The notes under the pieces: generated by a model
Databases searched by the model: none
The model's input: only the letters and a program-made list of their open reading frames with translations
Told to the model about the DNA's origin: nothing
From: Mytilus californianus
Taxonomy: Eukaryota
DNA length: 64,000 bases
Assembly: GCF_021869535.1 (NCBI RefSeq)
Contig: NW_026262593.1
Span: 54,622,001 to 54,686,000 of the forward strand
Reading direction: 5' to 3'
Made by a program: the position numbers and the translations under genes
Part shown: positions 12,098 to 24,095 of the stretch, in pieces
How the letters are laid out: each line of letters begins with the position of its first letter
Numbering within the stretch: position 1 is the first letter of the stretch

Positions 12098-12194
12098 GTA
12101 TGTCTTAATAAAGGAGAGAAATATGTTGTTTACTATGGAACAGATATATGATGATGATGTCCTCACAGTCCCTAATCCTGAAAGAAAGTGGAAG
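12098..12194 (+). CDS. MRPL47: MRPL47 exon 5
   Basis: YVLIKERNMLFTMEQIYDDDVLTVPNPERKWK; AG/GT bounded and in frame. Confidence 0.95.
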
Positions 12195-13137
12195 GTATCT
12201 CAAATTATTTTTAGACTTAAATTGCCAAAGAGCCAAAGCAGGTCTAGTAACCACTGGACTGTCCACCAGTAAATCCATCTGACCGCAACACATGAAGGGT
12301 ACTGATGTGCATACCATACTTTAGACAGTTATGAATATTTTTTTTTTTTTTTATTTATTTTATTTATAACTTCCAATTTACAACATAATATACACAAATG
12401 TAATAGCAATATATAATATATAAACCTATTGGTATTATCTTATCAATACATCTTTCTAAGGAAATTTTTTTTTTTTAAATATACGAATACAAGATAGAGA
12501 GTAAGACAGTCTGAACACGAGAGAGAGAGAGTTGGAGAGAAAAGTGTGGTGAGTTTTCAATACAAATTCTTCTGAATATGAATAATTTTTACTCATATAT
12601 TTTTAATGTTATAGGGGTAAATAGTTTGTGTCGTCTGTACTCCAACAGCTTTCCTTCAACATTCAAGACAGAATTAACCAAACTTCCAAAGATTCTCCAG
12701 CAGAACATGACATCATGCACCAGATTTTTTAATTTCTGATTTGAGTGATATTGGCCCCCCCCCCCCCCCTACACCACTTAAAACAATGACTTCACCATTT
12801 CTGTTTATTTTATTTTGAGAAAGCAGGCAACACACACATTATTTAAAATCTGTAGAGAAAAATATACATTGTTATTTCCAAATCCATAACAATTTTAGTT
12901 ATAGAGTATCTTTTCCTATGAAAACTTTGACAGGAAAAGATATTGAAGATTGAGAGATGAGGTTCACAAGTATTTTAATATGAAAATCATTACGCAATGT
13001 GAGGGACACTCATAAGATATAAGAAAATTCATCAAAGATACCAGCTGGCTTAAAACCTGGTACACCAGACATGCATTTTGTTTACTTAAGATTCATCATT
13101 GGGCTCCAATCAAAATGTTCTTTTGGAAGGCCATATA

Positions 13138-13981
13138 CTGTAAATTCAGAAATTATTGCGAGGTTTTTATTACCGGTAATGCGAATAATGTGACTGGATG
13201 ATTATCGCAATAATCAGTCAGAGCTCTGACATAGACAAGTCAGAATTGTCAAGACTTGTGCAAGTTAGATTATGCATTTTTACAAAGGAGTAATAGCAGT
13301 TTTAGACTTTATAAAGTCAGAATATGCCCTACTTATTCAGGTCATATTATGTTCAGTGGATTGTGAAGTTTTAGTATTTTAAGATTTGTAGCAAACCTTT
13401 TCAGTAAGTTACCATGAATATTTGTATGATACATAACAATACCAAAATCTATCTTTTTCGTGCTGGTTTTCAAGTAAATCCACAAATACATACTAACATA
13501 AAATGGTTAATTTCATATAATTCCGTCTTTTTAGGGTCTTTTTCATATTTTTGTTGATAAAAAAATGTTTGTGGAAAGCATTTTTAACAATGTCATGTGG
13601 ATGCTCAACTTTTAAATATGGGTGCATATGCCCAAAAAGGTTGACATTTTAGGTTTGTTTCTGACTTGTAGAAGTCAAAATTTTTGAATTTTTGTTTTGA
13701 GGAAATAATTGCATAATATTTCATTTGACTTGTAGAAGTCAATTTTTGTTTCAAAATGATGGGAGGTAACTCATGACACAAAATATTCTGACTTCCACAA
13801 GTCACAAAATTCTGACTTGTTTATGTCAGAGCTCTGACTGATAATAAGAACTTGTATTCTGATGTCTGTTACATATATCTGTATGCAGATTTTTATGATA
13901 TAGAAATAATTGATCTCACATTTTTGTCCATTCTTGAAAAATCGCAATAATAAATGCACGCAATAATTTCTGAATTTACAG
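13138..13981. mobile_element. Tc1/mariner-like MITE (TA TSD) containing a nested element
   Basis: Perfect TIR CTGTAAATTCAGAAATTATTGCG at both ends, flanked by TA. Confidence 0.85.
13215..13840. mobile_element. Nested 626-bp TIR element, 5-bp TSD ATAAT
   Basis: 33-bp TIR CAGTCAGAGCTCTGACATAGACAAGTCAGAATT (1 mismatch); ATAAT at 13210-13214 and 13841-13845. Confidence 0.8.
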
Positions 13982-14029
13982 TAATGCATTTTCATCGTTT
14001 GAATTGTTTCACAATTTATCATGTTGTGA

Positions 14030-14170
14030 CCTTTTATAGCCAACTATATGGTATGGGTTTTTGTCACTGTTGAAAGCTGTACTGTGACCTATAATTGCTT
14101 ATATCCACTTATTTAAACACTGGTTGAAAGTTGTTTCATTGGTTATCCTACCACATCTCCTTATTTTTAT
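14030..14170. repeat. Interspersed repeat family B (..CATACCACATCTTCTT end)
   Basis: Aligns to about 11 other copies in the window, e.g. 24740-25020, 36030-36390, 46395-46735. Confidence 0.7.
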
Positions 14171-14210
14171 ATCAGAACATCATTTTATAGTTAAAAAAAC
14201 TTTTTTTCAG

Positions 14211-14612
14211 GTTGATGAATCAATGAGAAACATAGTGGAAGTTATTCAAGAAAGAGAGCGGGCAATTAATATGTTGGAGACAGGTGAAACAGGCGATCCC
14301 AAGGTTAGAAAGGTCATGAACTTTCTAGGAATGATAGAAGATCGAACAGAAAAAGAGCATTTGGTTCCAAAGTCTGAAAATCCTGAGTACCAATTACTCC
14401 ATCCAAAATACGAGAAATGGATGTTTAAATATTTGAAATTATACAATGAGAAACAATTGGAAGAAGAATATCAATTGAAAAAAGCTAAACGAAAATATCA
14501 GGAGAAATTGATGAAGAAATTCCCACACCTTACACAAGAAGAGTTGGAATTAGGTTGGGAGCAAAAGCAAAAAGAGGGCAAGAAGTTTTCTAGTTACAAT
14601 GAATATGATTAA
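14211..14612 (+). CDS. MRPL47: MRPL47 terminal exon
   Basis: VDESMRNIVEVIQERERAINMLETGE...YNEYD*; acceptor TTTTTTTCAG. The six-exon model totals 237 aa. Confidence 0.93.
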   Translation, partial: VDESMRNIVEVIQERERAINMLETGETGDPKVRKVMNFLGMIEDRTEKEHLVPKSENPEYQLLHPKYEKWMFKYLKLYNEKQLEEEYQLKKAKRKYQEKLMKKFPHLTQEELELGWEQKQKEGKKFSSYNEYD

Positions 14613-14764
14613 TCAATTAAAAATTAAGAAATTGTATTGAATTTTAATATAATTTGAATTTCTTCAAGCAGGTTTTTTTTCCTTTTTCAAATGTTATAAA
14701 ATCAAAAAGTAAGATATACATGTATGTTAAATTTCTTGCAACTTATTTTGGGTATCTGTTAATA

Positions 14765-14950
14765 TAAAAATAAGAAGATGTGGTATGATTGCCAATGAGA
14801 CAACTCTCCAACAGAGACCAAATGACATGGAAGTGAACAACTGTAGGTCACAGTAAGGCCTTCAACAATGAGCAAAACCCATACCAAAAAGTCAGCTATA
14901 AAAGGTCCCGAAAAGGCAAATGTAAAACAATTCAAACAGGAAAAACTAAT
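14765..14950. repeat. Interspersed repeat family B, opposite orientation
   Basis: Begins ATAAGAAGATGTGGTATGATTGCCAATGAGACAACTCTCC, the reverse complement of the family B end. Confidence 0.75.
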
Positions 14951-15014
14951 GGCCTTAAGCTTGGAAAACATTCTTCTGAAAAACCATTGATATTTGATTT
15001 ACAGTTGCTGCAAG

Positions 15015-15275
15015 ATTGATTGATTGATTGGTTGGTGTTTAAAGCCACTTTCAACACTATTGTGCCATTTCGTGGAGGTAAGTTTTTATTGATGGAGGAA
15101 GGCGGAGTGCCCGGAGAGAACCACCGACCTTCGGTAGAAAAACTGACAATCCTAGTCAATTGAGAATGGAGTCGAGTGCACTTGCCCTGTGCGGGATTTG
15201 AACTCACAACCTCAGTGTTGACAGGCTAGTGATACAGTAGTTCTACTACTTAGACCACTCGGCCACCGAGTTCCT
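15015..15275 (-). mobile_element. tRNA-derived SINE (same family as 11657), minus strand
   Basis: Reverse complement of the A/B boxes and core; (GATT)n tail; TSD GTTGCTGCAAG / GTTGCTTCAAG. Confidence 0.85.
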
Positions 15276-16360
15276 GTTGCTTCAAGAGGCTCACATCTCA
15301 ACTAAATACAGAGTATAAGGTCATACACCCAGAGTTATATTTTAGTGTCTTTAAATTTTCAGTCATGTATCAGTTACAGGAATTTTATATTGTCAGTGGA
15401 AGCATCAAAACATAATTTAGGTTTCTGTTTAGTAGGTAAGGAAATGTTGGGGTTTTTTGTCATTGAGAGATATATGATATACAAATGATATTTGGTTACT
15501 TCTGTCCTACTATTGTATCCACAACTTCCGTTTAACCGCTTGACAGAATTTTGTGAAACTTTCATCAAATCCTACTCTCATGATATACTTTTGCACCTTC
15601 TATTTCATTTAATTTCTTCATCAAAATGTCTTAATGCCACATATGGGAACTGTGATCATCATCATGTGGGGATGGCAAATTTTGTCGGTATATCAATCAT
15701 TTTTGTTCAATGATACAAGACAGCAAATGTTACGTAATTGCTGAAGTACGAATTTGATACAACATGGCACATGACAATGTAAGATTTTGTCTTTATAGTT
15801 TTGGATTTAATGTGTTTATTAGCCTGTTTACGGAAATAAGTGTTGCAATATTGACGCTTAGTCTGTTAGTATTTTCATCAAAAGAACACAAGAAGCACAA
15901 AACATGTCATATTTGTCATTGTGACATGGTAAATAAATCTGAATGATGCATGATTTTTCAAAAGAATACTTAATGAAATATTACTTAATCATGCAAACAT
16001 GAAGAAATAAAGCATAATAATAAAGAGTGCACTACAGCTCTTAAATGATTTGAAATTAGAAATACAAATGTCCATGTCATTGTTCAGAGACTCATCATGT
16101 GCAACAAGGTGAAGCTACATCTACATGACCTATTTTACAGGGTTCAGTGGATTTGATTTTTGTTAAAATCATATTTAGTTTTATGCCAAATTAAGATTTG
16201 GGCACTAAGTGACCAACAGTCATTTAAATAGTGTAATGATGTATTTAGGGTAGTATAGTAGCAATGAGTAGGTCGCTCTGACTTGTATAAAGTTGATATC
16301 TAAGTTCAAATTTCATATGCTTAGTGTAAGGATTTATCTAGAGAGTATGTCGGCATAAAA

Positions 16361-16577
16361 GAGGGTCTTGATTGGGGTCCTTCATTTCTTTAAACTTTAA
16401 TATTTTAGACCATTTTTTTCTATTCTTTAATATTTAAAATCATTTTTCTTTGTTTATTTTGCCCATTATTCTCTATTCTTCATATTTCAGCACCTCATTA
16501 TTCTCTATTCTTTATATTTTTACCCTATTTTTCTCTATTCTTTATTTGTTTAGTCTAGTTTTCTATAGATTTGGCCC
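16361..16577. mobile_element. GAGG-type MITE family 1, truncated by HINE insertion
   Basis: Left TIR GAGGGTCTTGATTGGGG with pyrimidine-rich subrepeats, ending at the HINE hairpin. Confidence 0.6.
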
Positions 16578-17581
16578 TTTTTTATACGACCGCAAAAATT
16601 TTGCTGTCGTATATTGGTATCACGTCGTCATCGTCAGCGTCGTCCGAAGACATTTGGTTTCCGGACAATAACTTTAGTAAATGTAAATAGAAATGTATGA
16701 AATTTAAACACAAGGTTTATAACCACAAAAGGAAGGTTGGGATTGATTTTGGGGGTTGAAGTCCTAACAGTTTAAGGGGCAGAAATAAGCATTTTTCTAG
16801 TTTCCAGACAATAACTTGTGGAACGGTGTATGGATCTCTCTGAAATTATACCACAAGTTTCCATGCCACAAAGGGATGGTTAGGATTGGTTTTGGGGTGT
16901 CATGGCTCAAACCGTTTAGGAATTAGGGGCAAAAAAGTGGGAAAAACAAGGGTTTCCTTGTTAGTGGACAAATAAAAAAAAAGTACAATGTTATGTTTGG
17001 ATTACCTCCCTTACACTGCTTTTAAATTATGTATAAAGAAATGTTGTATTGTCTTGAGGTGATTAGCTGTCAATTTATTTTTTGAAGTTACTATTTAAAA
17101 ATGCTGATTAAGGAATATTAATTTTAGCCATGATTATGTTTGTCATTTTCTATTTTAAGATTTTTATGATGTATTTAAATGGGTAATTATGGTTGCAAAC
17201 TCCATTGGAAATTTGAATCTTCAGGGAAAGAATTTTTTTGGGGAAAAAAGGGGGGGGGGGGGGGGGGGTAAAAAAGGAAATTGTGAGAGATTTCAGAAAT
17301 TAAAAAGAGAATTTCTTCAAGTATTTTTTTTTTTGCCAAAAAAAAAGGGGGGGAGGGGGTCAAATTTTTTTTTTTGGGGAGGGGGGACAATTCACAACAG
17401 CATAGTGTTTTGCACAAAAGCAAAAAATTGAAATATTAATTCAAATCATATAACCAATTCTAAGTTCTTTTATTCTACAGTTATCCTGTGTCAGAAACCT
17501 ATTATGTGTTAAATATTTAGTTACAATCCAAATTCAGACCGGTATCAAGCGCGAATATTGTGTCCAATTTTGCCCCAACTG
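16578..17581. mobile_element. Helentron/HINE-like element, inverted relative of 2638-4537
   Basis: Hairpin TATACGACCGC..GTCGTATA at 16583-16613; ~1.7 units of the 161-bp repeat; 17460-17581 is the reverse complement of 2690-2800. Confidence 0.65.
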
Positions 17582-18019
17582 CGAAGCAATTTGTTCTCAT
17601 TTGTAAAACCCATCCAGACCCTCATGTAGTATTTGAAGTTGCATGTAAGACAGCTGTCAATTAAAAAAAGGGTGCCGCTCTACATTTCCACATCTCGGAT
17701 ACAAATAAGCCTTCATGTGTCTAACTTGGTGTAAATATACATCTAGGAGAGTATAGCAGCATCCTACAAAATGGGTCACTCTGACCTATATTTTGTAATC
17801 AATAATTAATATATAATGATTAATATATAAGGTTCTGATCTTGAAAGCTAAGCCTCCAATAGTTTTATAACTTTGTTTAAAGACCGTCTAGGGAATTATA
17901 GCAATTACAGCAAATTGTAGGTGACTATGATCTATTTTTCACATGCCATTTAATTGTATTTTATGCCCAATTTCATCTCTTAGATACAAAGGGGTTTTCA
18001 TTTCGGCTGATTATACTAC

Positions 18020-18140
18020 CAGTGGTGAATCCAGGGGGGGGGGGGGGTTGGAACCCCCCATTTTTTGACGATCACTGATGCATTTGAATGAGGACATCTA
18101 GTTGGAACCCCCCTTTTAAAAATGGCTGGATCCGCCCCTG
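18020..18140. mobile_element. CAG(G)GGCGGATCC-type MITE (possibly hAT-derived)
   Basis: CAGTGGTGAATCCAG ... CTGGATCCGCCCCTG. Related ends near 21600-21732, 25840-25975, 27786-27935, 28290-28367, 54360-54398. Confidence 0.55.
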
Positions 18141-18605
18141 ACTACTAAAATGAATTTCACTTTAATAGTACTGGAAATCATTATGTTTTGTTTACTATCC
18201 CCTTCTGAGGGCGTGGTTGACTTTGCAATATTAGACTGCTTATGTTTGTCCTTTCAAGGATTATCAAGCCAATTTTGATACAAGGTGCACTCTTTGATCA
18301 CACTGAGAACCATGAAAAATTTCAATAACATTTTGCATTTTGCCCATTTAAGAGGGTCTGGATGGGGTCTACAGAATAGAGAATAATGGACCACTACTAC
18401 ATGATAATGGGCCAACACAAAAACAAAGAATAGAGAAAAATGGGGAACATTTATAAAGAATAGAAAAAAAAATAGCTTTAACAAGAAATGATTGTAACTG
18501 GATGTTGTTACGAAGTCTCCCAAACAAAGTTCCCACAATTACAGTCATTCCCAAGTCGCCGGACATTAAAAATTGGTTTGGTCCATTAAAGTGATATGCA
18601 TTAGT

Positions 18606-20187
18606 GACCCCTGGAGACTGACCTTATATATCATTCAAATCTTCGTGACATGAAGAACGGGAATATATATGGTTTAGGGGTGGGGATCTTGACCATTTAC
18701 AAGATATTTGAACATATTCAAATGACAGGCGGTGGGGATGACTCCTTGGGTCTTACCCTGTATATCATTCAAAACATCTTGGTATGACAAACCAGAATAT
18801 ATATGGTTTAGGGGTGGGTATCTTCACCACTAATTACAAGATATTAGAACTTTCTCAAATGGCAGGGATTGGTGGTGATCCCCGGGGACTGGCCCTATAT
18901 ATAATTCAAATCTTCATGACATGACAAATAGGAATATATATGGTTTAGGGGTGGGTATCTCTACCAGTTACAAGATATTAGAACATTGGGGTGGGGGGAC
19001 CCCTGGGGACTGACCTTATATATCATTCAAATCTTTATGACATGAAAAACGGGAATATATATGGTTGAGGGGTGGAGGTCTTGACCATTTACAAGATATT
19101 TGAACATATTCAAATGACAGGCGGTGGGGATGACTCCTTGTGTCTTACCCTGTATATCATTCAAATCATCTTGGTATGACAAACCAGAATATATATGGTA
19201 TAGGGGTGGGTATCTTCACCACTAATTACAAGATATTAGAACTTTCTCAAATGGCAGGGAGTGGTGGTGATCCCCGGGGACTGGCCCTATATATAATTCA
19301 AATCTTCATGACATAACAAACAGGAATATAAATGGTTTAGGGGTGGGTATCTCTTCCAGTTACAAGATATTAGATCATTGGGGAGGGGGACCCCTGGGGA
19401 CTCACCCTATATATCATTCAAATCATCCTGACATGACAAACAGGAATATATATGGTTTAGGGGTGGGTATCTCTACCAGTTACAAGATATTAGATCATTG
19501 GGGTGGGGGACCCCTGGGGACTGACCCTATATATCATTCAAATCATCCTGACATGACAAACAGGAATATATATGGTTTAGGGGTGGGTATCTCTACCAGT
19601 TACAAGATATTAGATCATTGGGGTGGGGGACCCCTGGGGACTCACCCTACATGTATATATCATTCAAATCATCCTGACATGACAAACAGGAATATATATG
19701 GTTTAGGGGTGGGTATCTCTACCAGTTGCAAGATATTAGATCATTGGGGTGGGGGGGACCCCTGGGGACTGACCTTATATATCATTCAAATATTCGTGAC
19801 ATGAAGAACAGGAATATATATGGTGTAGGGGTGGGGATCTTGACCATTTACAAGATATTTGAACATATTCAAACGACAGGCGGTGGGGATGACTCCTTGG
19901 GTCTTACCCTGTATATCATTCAAATCATCTTGGTATGACAAACCAGAATATATATGGTTTAGGGGTGGGTATCTTCACCACTAATTACAAGATATTAGAA
20001 CTTTCTCAAATGACAGGGGGTGGGGATGACCCCTTGGGACAAACCCTTCATTTCATTTGATGTGCTTCATCATGACAAACCAGCGATCTCAACCCCTTAC
20101 AAGATATTAGAACTTTCTCAAATGGCAGGGGTTCGGAGTGACCCCTGGGGACTAATCCATCAATTTCATTTGATGTGCTTTATCATG
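18606..20187. repeat. Tandem satellite-like array, ~120-140-bp monomers with higher-order organisation
   Basis: About 11 monomers sharing TATATATCATTCAAA..GGAATATATATGGTTTAGGGGTGGG..TACAAGATATT, plus two short derived units. Confidence 0.9.
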
Positions 20188-21193
20188 TAGTACATTTCTA
20201 ATTATAAAGATTGTGTCTATCACTTACTGTTTTCAAGTTATAATCATTTGAAAATCCCATAGGGTTCTATAGTAAACCCCTCCATTCTTTTGACCCCTAA
20301 AAAAACCCATTTTAGACCCTATTGCTTAAACAAAATCCTGACTGCACCACTAGACATGTTAGTCTAAAATATTGTGGAACCTTAAGTAAAGAAGAAGAAG
20401 AAGATTTTCTCTCCAGAAATACATACAACTTAACATTGAATTTGTATTGCCTAATGACCTTGTGAGCAAATGTCAAAAATAAAAAAAAATATTGAAAATC
20501 ATATGTAATCCTCGGTGTCAATTGAATACAACAAATGATTTGTTTATATTATGAAGTATAATTTGGAACTTCATGATATTGTAAAACACGGGCTTGTCTG
20601 TACATACGTGTGAAAACTACCAAGTCCATATTACAATACAAAAATATATATAAGGAGATGTGGTATGATTGCCAATGAGACAACTATATACCAAAGTTGA
20701 AATGAAGTGGATGTAAGCAATTATAGGCAACCGCAATGCCTTCAACAATGAGGAAACCCCCATACTGTATAGTCGGCTGTAAAAGGCTCTGACATGAATA
20801 AATATGAAACAAGTCTTCTTGTACCTCTGCACTAAAATATGTCACTTTAAGTTAAAGAACAGCCATTTATAAAACATTCTTAATTTTAGTTCCCAAATGA
20901 ATTCTAGAATGCATTTTTGGTCCAAATACATGTATACGAATAACTTATCTGTCACATTAAATATTGGGGATCCATCTTGTTGCAAGGTAAAAGATTCTAC
21001 CCTTATTCTACACACACTCTTTTTCTAAAGGCAGCCGTTTCATCCTGGTTCGCAAAACTTTCAGAACCTACTGTATTTCCTAATTAGATCTTGTACTGGA
21101 TATGCATGAAATACTTGCCACTTTCAGAGACATAAAAATTATATATAGTACACTATAGTACTATTTTTTAAATCGATTATAGGATTACTTAAA

Positions 21194-21421
21194 GAGAGTC
21201 TGGGTGAGGTTTTCAGAATAGAGAATAATGGGCAAAAAGTACAGAATTAAAGGGCAAAAACAATAAAGAATACAGAAAAATAGGCAAAAAATTAAAGAAT
21301 AGAGAAGAATGGGGTGGTAAAACATAAAGAATAGAGAAAAATGGGAAAACAAATAAAAAATAGAAAAAAATGCTCTAAAAAACTGAAGAATATAGAAATG
21401 AAGCCCCCCTTTCGGACCCTC
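21194..21421. mobile_element. GAGG-type MITE family 1, degenerate
   Basis: GAGAGTCTGGGTGAGG ... CCCTTTCGGACCCTC with the same internal subrepeats; flanks do not match. Confidence 0.55.
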
Positions 21422-21804
21422 ATCTACCTTTGTATACAGATTTAAACCACTGTTCCTAATTGCATAGGACTTAGTCCTTACACATTAACCTTAATGTCCT
21501 GGTCCCGCATACACATTAACATTAATGTCCAGGATAGAATACCGGTATGCATGTAATAGTTGCAAATGAAGGTTAAACATCCGCCCAGCCATGCATAACA
21601 GATGCGGATTCAGGATTTTGAAAAACGGGGGGATCCCCCAAACTAGGCAACGTTTGGAGTGGGAAAGGTAAAAATTCTTTGCATTAACCATAGATGAAGC
21701 TCCATAAGGGGGTTCCCCTAAATCCGCCTCTGCATCAAACTTGTGATTTCATTAACAAGAATAATGTGTATTTCCAATTAGTCCCCAAGGGTGACTAGGG
21801 AATA

Positions 21805-22215
21805 GGAATACGGTCGCTACAGGTCTTCCTCCGATTGGCAGTAAAACCCTTGCCGAAGTGGAGCATCCGTTTGGCGATGCGGGATGTACAAGTACACAGA
21901 TACCTCCCGTCAGAATGGGGAAGTTAAATCCGATGCCTCGTGTAGAGAGAGTGTCAAGCTCTCTGCATGCACGTTAAGAACCTTTACAACAACTTTTTGA
22001 GGGGTCCGTAGGTGGTTTGATGCAAGGCAAAATTTCTATCCCTATCCAATATACCCTCCGCATTTTTCAGTGGTAGTCCAAATTTCCCCGACCTTCATTC
22101 CGAACGGCCTCTATTACAGGACCTACCTATTGTATTTATTGTTAATTTGTTCTCGTTCAACAGGCGTGAAATATTTGCCACTGTGCGTTAAGCAACCAAC
22201 AATTAATCAATCAAT
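21805..22215 (+). mobile_element. SINE-like element, possibly Meta-domain type
   Basis: GC-rich ~400 bp with core GTTAAATCCGATGCCTCGTG..CACGTTAAGAACC and tail TGAAATATTTGCCACTGTGCGTTAAGCAACC(AATC)n. The tail recurs elsewhere in the window. Confidence 0.45.
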
Positions 22216-24000
22216 ATTTCAAATTATAGGCCGGTTCATTTTGAAATAAACATTTACTGTAAAAGCATATGATATATTACCAACAATAAAAGACGAAATA
22301 ATAGGGAAATGAGATAAATAATGTAATTGGTTGAACTTAAATCAACTGTCGTTTCTCGGATTCCATACCAAACCCAGACATTCGTATATGTGTTTGTTTA
22401 ACTACATTCTGAGACTATTATACTGCATGCCAATATATTATGTCCCAGCTACATTTTAAGATGTTTCGAAAGTTTTTCATATCTTATTTCAACATAATCA
22501 CGGTCATTTAGAATCACAGTAATTACCAACGTAGAGAAGAAGAAAAAAGAAAACCTGGAATTCAAACTCGACAGAAATAAATAATTCGATCATCTTCGGT
22601 TTTTTAAAAATTATATAGATGAGATGGATAAATTGATTTTATGTCTTTCATGTCCGTCAGTTATGCGGTATACGGCTCCATTTATTAAAAAGTCGTGGTC
22701 ACTGAGGAGAGTGGATTCAACAACTGCACGATATGTACATAATATGAATTGATGTCTTTTTTGTTATTTTTGTGATGTATTATGTAATGTGTTATTTTGT
22801 TTTCGTGTATGCAATCAACTTCATTGGGGTATAACAGTGCATTATTTTCAATAAACTATACCATTGTATACCAACGATCGGAAAAGATGACAAAATTCTG
22901 CATATCTATGATGCAATCATATCCTTTTTAAGTCTGATGACACAGTCTGGTTGTTTTTCATAATTATCGGAAAGGGGGCATTTGCGATTGATCCTTGTAA
23001 ATATCGATTTAATCCAATTGATCATTTAATCAAATGGATATAATGGGTTTATCAGAGCCTTGATTTCTTGATTAAGGGTTTTGTTTATTTTGTCGGTTTT
23101 GACTACCGTTTGGTCAACGCATTTTAACACCTACGGCAATTTAAAATTTAAAAGTATTACATGCTAAAATGACTCCATGTGATAAACACGTGGTTCTTTT
23201 CTCCACACTATTTATTCTATTTTGGAACTATATTTACGCACAAGGTAGGTTTTTTAAATGTCATTTCTCTTTATTGATATTTTGTTTGATATTTGAATTG
23301 ATTTTCAGTCAGACTTGCGTTCATTATATTTGTTGAAAATATAGTTTTCTGTCAGTTAATTACCCCTTTATTAATTTTATTTCATAAAGCTAGTATATAT
23401 TGTGAAATTTTATAATAATATTTCGAAAAACACGTGACTAATGTTTTGCGATTACATTTTAACCTTTCATCACCTATACAGGTACCCTACAGGTAAGATA
23501 TTACGCAACCTGATAACTAAATTACACCTTAATGTAATTAATTAAACCAGTCGAACAATAAAAGAGGGTCAAATTTGGGAACGTCGGAGATTTGACCTTG
23601 TTTATACGGATATGTCATGAAGGTTTGAAAATCACGTTACTTTTTAATATTTTTCCCGAGTCATTCTAACGTCTACCGGAACTTGAACTAAAATACTGAT
23701 TATTGCATTTAAATAAATACAGGCTAAGTTGACATATAATGGTTTACTTGGATGGAGAGTTGTCTCATTGGCACTCATACCACATCTTCTTATAGCTAAG
23801 TTATAAGATTTGTGCCGGAAAAGTGGCAATCAGTAGATTTTCAAAAGAAGGCACCAACTACTCATGAATTGCTGATTCATTTGGTGGTGATGGTGGGGGG
23901 GGGGGGGGGGGGGGGATTTATGAAATGGCCTTTTAAGACGTCATAATTACTTGAAACAACGCAACATTGAGTAAAAAAAAAAAGAAAATTGCTCTTGCAT

Positions 24001-24095
24001 GAGGACGGTCTGGATGGGCAACATGATCTATTTATAAAGAAAAGAGAAACATGGCTTAAAAAATACGGAACTAAAGGACTTCCATCCAGACCCTC
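24001..24095. mobile_element. GAGG-type MITE family 1, short copy
   Basis: GAGGACGGTCTGGATGGG ... CCATCCAGACCCTC; flanks TTGCAT / CTGCAT. Confidence 0.65.

Noticed and set aside
12335-12720. T-rich tract followed by a short antisense open frame, possible LINE 3' end
   Set aside because: No recognisable RT or C-terminal motif and no TSD found.
19343-19804. 153-aa ORF with a repeated 40-aa unit
   Set aside because: By-product of 120-bp satellite monomers (a multiple of 3); neighbouring monomers have stops and there is no gene context.
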